Source of the DNA: the human T2T-CHM13v2.0 reference genome, Homo sapiens
Assembly: GCF_009914755.1 (NCBI RefSeq)
Contig: NC_060927.1
Length of the DNA: 64,000 nt
Strand: one strand, 5' to 3'
The notes below the pieces were generated by a model, which was not told the origin of the DNA, ran no database searches, and saw only the letters and a program-made list of their open reading frames with translations. This document shows, piece by piece, positions 54,495 through 64,000 of the stretch (positions are counted from its first letter, which is position 1; every line of letters starts with the position of its first letter). A program made the position numbers and the translations under genes.

Positions 54495-54790
54495 TTTTGT
54501 TTTGTTTTTTAGAGACAGGGTCTCACTCTGCTGCCCAGACTGGAGTGCAGTGGTGCACTACAGCTCACTGCAGCCTCTACCTCCTGGGCTGAAGCGATCT
54601 TCCCACCTCATCCTTCTGAGTAGCTGAGACTACAAGTGCCTGCCACTATGCCTGGCTAATGGTTTTAATTTTTTCTAGAGACAGGGTCTCACTATGTTTC
54701 CTGGACTGGTCTTGACTCCTGAGCTTGAGGAATCCTTCTGCCTTAGCCTCTCCAAACTCTGGGAATACAGGCATGAGCCACCATGCCTGC
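54495..54790 (-). mobile_element. AluJ, followed by an old L1 fragment (about 54795-54930)
   Basis: gagacagggtctcactctgctgcccagactggagtgcagtgg...cagctcactgcagcctctacctcctgggct. Confidence 0.92.
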
Positions 54791-56910
54791 TCTCCATTCT
54801 TCTGATTTGTATCACCATTGACCAGCTTTGCCTACTCTAGTACTATATATAAATAGAATCATGCAGCAAGTATATTTGTGTCTGGCTTCTTTCCCTCAAC
54901 ATTATGCCTATGAGATCCATCCCATTGGCTTCTATGTACTCTGTACTCATCCTATGCAGGACTTCCCTATTCAGATATCCACTGAGAGAGCCTTTCCTTG
55001 TGAAGATAGAGAAAAGCCCAGGGCTGCAGGCAGAGCTCCCACTGGCTGTTGAGGGCTCTGTGGCTCAGCATCCGAATTCAGCACATCTGGACAGTGTCCA
55101 AGTCCATGCTGGGTGACCAAGGATCCTTCTAGGGATGTGGTTCAGGCCCACAAGTTGAAGGTGCTGCATGCCTTGATTCATTGAAAAAAGACAGCCTGAG
55201 GTATGCTGCCAAAAGGTGTTACATTGAGCTAGGAGATAAATGGAGGAGGAAGGAATTGTCAGTGGTGGCTATGAGCAGATGGCTATGTTCTTGAAACCCC
55301 TGATTTGCTCTGCCAAGTGACCAGTCTGATGTAGTCTGCCTTTCTGATCACTGCAGTAATGCAGCTGTGTCTCTGCTCAGGCCCTAACAGGGAGAAATCT
55401 GGAAAGTAGGTGACGTCTGCTTAACTGTGGTGGATGAGCCCCTCAAGGTCAGCAGCCCGCCTTCTATGTCTCTGTGTCCCTGGCACCTGTCAGTAAAGTT
55501 ACTGCCAAATGAAAAATAAAGAAAGAAAGAAATGGGCCAATAGCTCCTATTGGCATTCCTTTGCTCCTTCAAAATAGCCTTGTCCAAGATGATGATCAGG
55601 GAGAATTAGACCTCCTTCTCATGCTGTCCTGGGGTTTCTACACCCATTGGCATCCACTTGATCTGTCCCAGAGTGTAGCACAACCTTGCAGGTGCACAAT
55701 AAGCCATCACCTGGTGGCTAAAGCAGTCCCTTGGTGGCTCGCTCCACTCTCTTGTCAGTCCCCAGCCAGTCCATTTCATCCCTTAGCTAGGGACCCTGTT
55801 TTGTTCAACTCTTTGCTTACAGCCCTGGTGCGGGGCCTGGGCCAGACAAGAGAAGCTCAGTGAAGAGTGAGAGTGTCAAACTGAAATATTCATGCTCCCT
55901 CTGAAATAAAGGGAGTTTTAGGGAAGGAAGAAGAAATGTGCAAAGTAGACTACATTCTGAGATTCTGGGATCTTACATAATAATATGTGTGCAAAAAGAA
56001 GTAAATATTACCATTTCAATATCCATGTTCTCTCCCGTACCCCTGACCCATTAGTAGGATGCTGACTCTGTCATTTCGGATCCTGGGTCTTTTTTGTGCA
56101 GAATCATGGTAATGAGTAAGTGGGAAAATGGAAGGGAAGAAAATCTGGCTAGATTTATTTGCATTGAAATAGACATAAAATTACTGGTAGAAGAGAGTAG
56201 GAGATATCCAGAAGGTAGAAGGAGAAAGGGCAGCAAGAGGCAGCTAGGACTAGTTTGAGGAGAATTCTTCACACTTCGGACAGTGAGGAAAGCAATTGGG
56301 AAGCAGCTCCCATGCCTATAAGGAACTGAGAAAGATAAAGAATGATAAGGACATTTTGCTGTGCATTAAGAATGAACTCTCCCTTGAAGCTTGAATTTCT
56401 GCTTAGTTGCTTGGCTGTAGAACTAGAGCTTCTTACAGTGTGCCATGATGCAAGATGGGGCCATGGAACAGGCTGGCTTTATGTACACTTCACTTGCAAT
56501 TATGCACCAGCCAAGTGGTAGACGCACAGGTGTAGGTGCACAGGGCACTGGGGAAGGTGGGAGAGAGAGGGCTGCTTTGGAGGAACTTGAAGAACTTGCC
56601 TGGGGTCAGCCTGGGACTTTGTAAAATAAGGACTTTTGTACACTAAATTGGACCTGGGATGGCAAATAACCTTTATCTAAAAGTCAATTCAGATTAGTTG
56701 GTTGAATCTTCCCAGGGTGCTGTATTGAGAAGGATTTGAGGTAGGATCAAGGATCAGTAAGAGAAAAATAACATGATTCACATAATTAGCAATATCTGTC
56801 CTGGATGTCTTAGAAGAGTGGCCATGGTTGAGTTTCTCAAAGTTTCCTTTCAAATGTACAGGTCTAAATGGGAGTGTGAGTCCATGTGTGTGACAGCCTC
56901 CCAGCAGGGG

Positions 56911-56986
56911 AGATGGCACATCATTACCTATTAAAATCTCATTCAAAGCAAGATGGCACATCACTACCTATTAAAATCTCATTCAA
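56911..56986. repeat. 40-bp-period tandem duplication
   Basis: agatggcacatca(t/c)tacctattaaaatctcattcaa at 56911 and 56951. Confidence 0.95.
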
Positions 56987-57858
56987 TCAGCCCTAGAATA
57001 CAATATAAATGAATTATTTTCATTTTAACAGATATTTACTTAGTGTCTAAGATGTGGTAGGTATGGTGGGAGATAACAGGAAGGAATGTTCCTGCCCTCA
57101 GTGAGCTCATGGACTTTGAGGCTCTTTCAGAAATGAAAACAAAAGCAAAAACAAAAAAATATTAGCTCACCCTTATCTCATCACCTGTGGGGCAGCTGGT
57201 ACCTGGGAAAGTGTATCCAGATGGCTTCTCACTTATGGTGGAGCAGGACTGAGTTCCGTGGTCACTGCTATTTTGCCTGTGTCTTTTAATCCAGAAACAC
57301 GTAGAGGAAGGGAAAAAAGCCCTTCTAGTTACCTAATTACCTAACTCTGGGAGATGTTTCCAGGATCTCATTCATAGTGCACTGGCTGAGATTTTATGGA
57401 TTTAAAAATCTTCATGTCTGTTCTTCAACCCACAGCTGATTAGAAGCATCAAGTTTTGAGATGGGAGGTGGGGAGTGGATAATTTTAGAGGGAGTCTTCT
57501 GATTGAAATTAATAATAAAACTGTCAGAGAGAGAGCGAGAGAGAGAGAGAGAGGAGCCTGAAAACCATGTGAAACCAATGAAAGTCCAGCCTTAAGGGTG
57601 CTGTCTGGCTGGCTTGACTACCTGCCCTCCAGGCACAAGCTGCTTTAGCTGCTCTATCGGATTAGTTAACTGGTCCAAAGAGGACCAGGACACAGGGGCA
57701 GAGATATTTTCTGAAGGAGTCAGGCAATTGGCCACACTAATCCCAATGAAATAAAATGTAATAGTGACATTATTTGGGGCACTAGACATACCAGCCCAAA
57801 ACTGTATGTGTTTGTGTGTGTATAGGGTAGATAGGTACCTTGAACCTATGAGGTACAC

Positions 57859-57937
57859 TTACATGATGTTCTGTTTACATGATGCTCTGCTTACTTACAC
57901 TATGTCTCTGCTTACACTGCTTACATGATGTTCTGCT
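57859..57937. repeat. Degenerate tandem repeat with a unit of about 15 bp (ttacatgatgttctg)
   Basis: ttacatgatgttctg, ttacatgatgctctgc, ttacactatgtctctgc, ttacatgatgttctgc. Confidence 0.8.
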
Positions 57938-58429
57938 CAGTCCATGAGCCAGCTCTGAATGGTTTATTCTTACAAAATAGCTTGGCTTTGATGCTTCCTG
58001 GAATTCCACTCTCAACTTCTCAGGGAGGCACAATTTGATGGGGGAAGAACTGCTAAACTAGGTTCTTAACCCACATTCCCTTTAAGCCTCACAAAAGGAG
58101 GTTCAATCCCAAGTGGTACGGGTGCAGAGAGGTGACACCATGTTTGAGTGGGCCTGGAGGGTCTGGAGTGTGACCAAGAGCATGAGGCGCCCAGAAAACA
58201 GCTGCCACCTTTCCCTTCAGTTTACTGCTGCATATAGAAGAAAGACCTGGTGAGGCAGAGCTTCAGATTATCCAATAAGCTGAAAATAAGAGCTTTCTGT
58301 GAAGTCTGCCAAAAATATTGGCAGCTAATTCAGTATTTTTAAAACACTCTATAAACCAAAGAAACTTGTCTGTGACTTTCTTTTTTTGGTCCAAGGATTC
58401 CTCCCATATTTGTCACATCATGTGTGATC

Positions 58430-59380
58430 TTCTTGGAGGGTACTATTATCCTGTGTACACCAAGAAAACCAACTTATAGAGTGGCCTGGTAATTTGCCAA
58501 AGGTGCCAGAGCTGGTGGCCAGAGAAACTGAGTTTTGAAGCTAGGTCTCAATTCAAAAATGACTCAGATTTCTCTCACTGTGCTGTTGTACAGTATGTGC
58601 ATTACTTTAAAAGTTATGAGAGTATCTGGACTTTTCCCACTTGCAACCCATTCTGGCTAAGCTGAGCAAGGGACTTTTCCATCGCAAAAGATCCCTTCAA
58701 CCTTCAACTGCTGTTTCCAGAGGAAAAGTGGGTCCTCAGGATGGCTTTCTCAACTAAAATTGAGCTGTTGTATCTCACCAGTGATATCCAGGGGCTGCTC
58801 ATGGAGCTGGGAATGAGGTACAATCCCTAAATCATGTTGTTCAGAGTTCCTATTTTCCTATTGTAAGCAGACATTTATCCCTTTGGAATTTCTCTTTTAA
58901 AAAAATAATAGAAATACTTTATAATATACAAGGTTCTAGAGACTAATATGGCAAACTTTGTTTTCCTGTTACTCAGCTTAGTAAATAAAGCATCACTAGT
59001 TCAGGTGAAGCCCTATGTGCCCCTCTAACCAAATTTTCCATAGGTATTAATCAGATGAAATTTGGTATTTATTATTTCCATATATACCTTCATCTTTCTG
59101 AGGGCCAAAGTCGTACTTTTTCAGGTTGTACACATGCCTGCACACACTAGTACACCTGTGCAATCACGTTTGTGCACCAGAATATAGGGACCAGAACAGG
59201 TGATTCATGCTTCCCTTTTATCCTGTAAACTGAGCCTGTGGAGTCAGTAAAGCTGATTGTATTACCCTTGCTTTATGGAGGGGGAATATGGACTTCATGA
59301 GGGGTTAGGGGATGGGCACGAGGTCACCCAGATGGTGGCAGAGCCACACTGGTACCCTGGACTCCTCCTCTTGCCTCTAG
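58430..59380 (-). mobile_element. MIR (about 58430-58590 and 59250-59380) and old L1ME (about 58900-59090) relics
   Basis: tactattatcctgtgtacac...taatttgccaaagg; ttattacccttgctttatggagggg...gaggtcacccag. Confidence 0.55.
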
Positions 59381-60709
59381 GACATATTCTTCTTCCCAGG
59401 TCTCAGGGTCTTGGCTATTATTTCCTAAGTAGTGTTCAGTTACAGAGAAAGATGAATGAGTCCAAACAGAAAGCCTTTCCTCCTCAGACTGAAAATATCA
59501 AGCATCAGTTGGAATTTGTTTTTCCAATTTATTTAATGCACTCTTTTTTCCCCTTCTCTCATTAATTGATAATGTTCTCTGCTCAATCAGTTTCTTTGAT
59601 TGCTTCTCCCCTTTAAAGCTTGGGGCCAGGAACTGGGTGTGTGGCATTTAAGTTATGACTTGTTTAGGAAATTGATATTGGCATTTTCTGCATGACTTGC
59701 CTTTCTTCAGTGAGTTACTTTGCTCTAATTCTCTGTTAGAAGCTCCAACTGTAAAGGAGGAACAGGCTAATTAAAAATTGGAAGCTGGTAAATTTCACCT
59801 TGAGCAGCTAGTATGTGCTTTTGGCAAGAATTGATGCAATTATTGATCAAATAAAATTGTCATCCAAAAGAACAGTTTTTATTTTAAGAGAAGGCAGCAA
59901 GATACTCACTGTTGAAATAAACCTTTATTCCAAAGATACAGCAATGACATGTGAAATCCAGGTAGGATTTTATCAAAATAAGAATTTCCTATATTTTAAA
60001 ATCTAAATTCTATTATTTTTTTTTAAAAAATACAAGAACAAATTGGGTTTCTAATTTATTTCTGGACTAAAAAGCACTGTGCTGGGACTGCCATAATTGC
60101 TTGTTAAATTGAACTGAATTGAAAAGATGTCAAAACACCATCACCCTTAGCCAGTCTTTAAGGTACAACAGCCAATTGTAGAGGTGTTCCACATATATAA
60201 TGTTCATGGAGTCGCAAAGAAAATGTAAGAGTGACTTTTTTTCCTAAGAAAATCACATTATTCACAAACCGCAGGGGGTTGCGGAGATCAAGTCCTTGAA
60301 TCAGGCCTGTGTTGCATTGTGGATTTCCTAGCTCAAGAGCCACTCCATCAGGATGTGCCCAGCCTCAGGTGCCTATTTTCTGAGGAAAGAAAAGCTCCAG
60401 CAGCACAAATCCTCTCTCAAAGTCAGTGCAAACCTCTGAGTGAAACAGCTCCTTCCAAAGGCTTTGTTCCCTGTTAATCTTCAAGTTACATTTGTCTATG
60501 TGAAGACTCCCTCTGTCAAAAGCCTGCATTTGCTGGGTTGGCAGAAACCTCTGCATGTCCCATCTGCTTGTTCTGACACTACAGACCAGGGAGGTGGACA
60601 GAGTTAAGACCAGTGTCAGAGGCTAGGAGTCAGTAGGGGCTTTGTCTTTCTCTAGCCCTTCCTGATAGCTCCCTGAACTAGCCTGCCAACCCCCACCTCT
60701 CACCCCTAC

Positions 60710-61665
60710 TCCAAGAAAACCTACCCTGAGACAAAGGCTTGCATGCAGGTTTATTGCAAGAGATAGGATTGGGTGACTGAGTAGAGTAAAACAAGGAAAG
60801 AGGAAAAGCCAATACAAAAGGGCATCCTGGAGGTGGTCATTGCTGTGGGCAAGTGGAGCTCGGTTTCCCTGGGCTTTTTGGAGGAGCCATGTGGAACAAT
60901 TCTGTCCAGTAGAACTTTCTGCAATGTTGGGAATGTTCTCTGTGCTGTTCAATATTCTGTCTACTAGCTACATGTGACTAGTAGGTACTTGAAATGTGGG
61001 TCCTTTATTATATTAATTTTAATTATTTAAATACTCATATATACCCATATGGACCACTGAAACAGACAGCTCATGTGTAGACTGGGCTTTCAAGTTGTCT
61101 ATTGGGGAGTTGGAAGATGGTATCAATTATCTACTGGCAGCAGCTCCTGTTGCTTAAGGGAGTGTTATGCCCTCACGCTTCAGGTCGGCTTGCATGGGTA
61201 CAGGTTGATCCTACAGACACCCTCCAGTGCTGCATCAGAGAAGCAGTTGCAAAGTGGGAGTTCTGGGGTGCAGCAGAAGCAGGAGCTGATGGGATACTCC
61301 TGTGTAAAGCTGGCAGCAACAGGTGTCACTAGAACAGTGGTTTTGAAATATGAGCCAGCACTGGGATCTCCCAGAAGGCTTGTTAAACACAGATTGCCAA
61401 TTGCCCTCCCTAGGGTTTCTAATTCATTGGGTCTGTGGTGGAGCCTGAATATTTGCATTTCTAACAAGTTCTCTTGATGCCAATGCTGCTGGTCAGGTGA
61501 CCATATCTCCAGAATTTCTGGGCTAAAATAAAGGGTGGGCCAGAGGATATAAGTTGGAACTAGAATAATGAATCACCCTGATTTGCCCAGGACTGGAGGG
61601 GTTTCCAGGACATGAGGCTCTTGGTGTCAAAACTGGAACAATACTGGACAAACGGTTACAAGTAG
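60710..61665. mobile_element. Repeat stack: LTR33-like LTR (about 60710-61330) split by MER3 (about 60897-61060), then MER5A (about 61335-61520) and MER81 (about 61560-61665)
   Basis: gaaaagccaatacaaaagggc...tgctgtgggcaagtgg; ctgtccagtagaactttctgcaatgttgggaatgttct; ggcttgttaaacacagattgc...tttgcatttctaacaagttc; tttgcccaggactggaggggtttccaggac. Confidence 0.75.
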
Positions 61666-62949
61666 AACACTCAGGTTGGAGGGCAAGAGTCATCCAATAC
61701 CATGACCTGGGGCTTAGCACTTTTCGAAATGGAAAGTTCAGGCACAGCCCTGCTGGCCTCTAGGGTGTTTGTGACAATGCAGGGGTGTTGTAATAACTGT
61801 GAAACTTTAGCGTTAGGCTCTAAGATGAGCTACTTCACTAATAGCAGAGGGTCCAGATGGCCCCTGGAGCAAGAGCTTTGACTTTATCCCCAATTTCTGA
61901 GCAGCTGTGGTCCACAACTGCCCCCGGTAAAGGAAGCAACCTCTCTGTCCAGGTCCTGATTCAAATGGAGGCCACCCCAATAGCCTGTGGAATAGACCAT
62001 GGATCAGAGTTGTGTGCTGAGCCTTTTATTCATACCTGGCTGTGGTTTTCCATCATTGATAGGTGTGGTGTTTTCAAGGAGATCTGGGGAAACTCTTTGG
62101 ACTATTTCTCCTCCACAAATCAGTTAAGTGTTCATCGATCGTCCTTTCTGTTCAGTCCTGTGTAGATGTTTTGTAGGGAGGGGGCAGACAGGAGGTGCAT
62201 AAAACTTGCTCCCCACTCCAGTGATGTCCCTGACAAATTAGGGAGAAAGAATGGTTTGATGATGCCCATTTTCAACTCTCATGTGGCAGACAGACAGTTA
62301 TATATGTATATTCTTTTGCCGCCCTCTATTCAGTGTCTACCATAGATACGATGTATACCACTCTGCCTCCCTCCTCAGCCTTGGAGTATAAGCACCTTTA
62401 GGGCAGGGACCATGTTTCTCATCTCTCTCATTCCTGGTACTCAGCTCAGAGTGTGGTGGGGAGCTGGCAGTCAGAGGCTTGTCCTTGAAGAAAGGAGGAG
62501 CCTGCTCCACTTCACATGCTGTGTTGTGAGACAAATATTCTGGGAAGATAGCCCTGGATAGAAGAAGGAGGAGTAGTGGGGTCCTGGAAGAGGTAGTGTA
62601 GGCAGTGGACCAGAGGGATAGGTGGGCTTTGTAGGAGTGGGAGGTAAGCGATGATGTTTCAGGACATGAACAGAAGCACAGAAGCTGGAGGTCCTGGAAA
62701 GTCTAGGTGACAGGCTGAAGTGAGGAATCAGGCTGGTCAGGAGAGGGGAAACAGGTTGGCTCAATCCACAGAGCAGATAATGAAGGGCTTTAAGAGCCCA
62801 GCTCAAGGGTCAGCATCATGCATCAAAGTAGAATATAATAGTGGCAAAGGTTTCTGAGGATTAGAAACAATAAGATCTATCTAGCTTCCTGAATTTTAAG
62901 GATGTTGTCTGATTTCTTAAGGGATGCCTGAATAACTTGAAAAAATCCA

Positions 62950-63335
62950 GGTATGAAAATATGAATCAGCAATACAAAGCAGTAAATTACTGATACAACA
63001 CGGATGAATCTCAAAATCATTATGCTGAGTGAAAGAAGCCAGGCCAAAAAAAAGTGCACATCCCATATGATTCCATTTATATGAAATTCTAGAAAATGCA
63101 AACTTATCTCTCAAGACAGAAAGCAGCAGATCAGTGTTTGGGCATTGGAGTGCATGGAAGGGTGGATTGTACAGGGACAGGAGGAAGCTTTTGGGGGAAA
63201 GAAGAATTCTTGTTATCTTGATTGTGGTGGTGATTTCACTGTATATACACTTGCCAAAATTGGTCAAAAATGTATACTTTAAATATGTGCAGTTTCTTCT
63301 ACTTCAATTATACCTCACTAAAGTTGTAAAACAAA
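62950..63335 (+). mobile_element. Old L1 (L1MB/MC-like) 3' UTR fragment
   Basis: acaacacggatgaatctcaaaatcattatgctgagtgaaagaagccagg...atgattccatttatatgaaattctagaaaatgcaaac. Confidence 0.88.
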
Positions 63336-63459
63336 ATTTTAAAGGTTGGCCAGTTAATGTAATGGAATACCATAAGAATAGGGAAGTTGAGAAAAAAACA
63401 TAGTTTTTTTTCCTAAGGAAAATGGAATACTTGGTATATGTAAATTCACATAATTCTCT

Positions 63460-63630
63460 AAAACAGCCTAGTGATGTAGGTATTGAATTGCCATTTTACA
63501 AATTCTGAACAGAGGCTCAGAGATATTCAGTGACTTACCCAGGGTCACACAGCTTCTGAGTGATGGGCAGAGCCAGCATTCTAAGATAGGTCTATCCGAT
63601 CCCCAAATCATTGAGCCATTTATTTTGTGT
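63460..63630 (-). mobile_element. MIR relic
   Basis: ccattttacaaattctgaacagaggctcagagatattcagtgacttacccagggtcacacagct. Confidence 0.85.
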
Positions 63631-64000
63631 CTCTCAAAAATCAATGCTCTATCTGAAAGCATGCCCCAGTGCTCAGGAGAGAGAGATAAACTGATGAGCC
63701 AAATAACACTTCAAAATCTCAGAAGACTAAGTTGCTCATCTTTCAAAATGGGTTTGGGTTGGGAAAGGATTCTACCATATGCTTATCAGGATAACTTTAG
63801 CTCAACATTTTTAACTCAACCAACTGATGCCAAATGATTTCCTTCTTGATAGATGACACGTGGCCTTCATTTCTAAAGCAGTCTCAGCAGAACAGGAAAC
63901 GGGGGGGGTCAGAAATGGGTGTGGACAACTGACCTTCCACATGTATACCTATTGTTATGTTTGAATGTCTGATTATTAACATGTTTTATATATCATAAAT

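Noticed and set aside
55390-55530. Short open frame GEIWKVGDVCLTVVDEPLK after a cag, with TCAAGGTCA at 55443-55451
   Set aside because: No recognisable homology and poor splice signals; an isolated motif is insufficient

Overview
This is primate (simian, probably human or ape) nuclear DNA, intronic or intergenic and CpG-depleted. I recognise no protein-coding exon, structural RNA gene, CpG island or CRISPR array, and I cannot name a host gene. The ORF track is explained by transposon relics, microsatellites and chance. A large part of the window is interspersed repeat: a full-length THE1 (MaLR) element with both LTRs and a TSD, AluS/AluJ copies, L1PA/L1M fragments, many MIR and L2 relics, MLT1A/LTR16/LTR33 LTRs, and hAT and Tc1/mariner-superfamily fossils. 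Family names come from recalled consensus sequences, not from a search. The signals these repeats do not explain are: (i) two short locally templated insertions (about 140 and 173 bp), each copied from about 1.08 kb away, one flanked by a 21-bp target duplication inside a MER5; (ii) an uninterrupted (CCTTT)46 tract; (iii) a CpG-intact 41-bp Alu stub; (iv) several repeat-poor, motif-dense candidate enhancers. I found no evidence of a new gene-encoded system.
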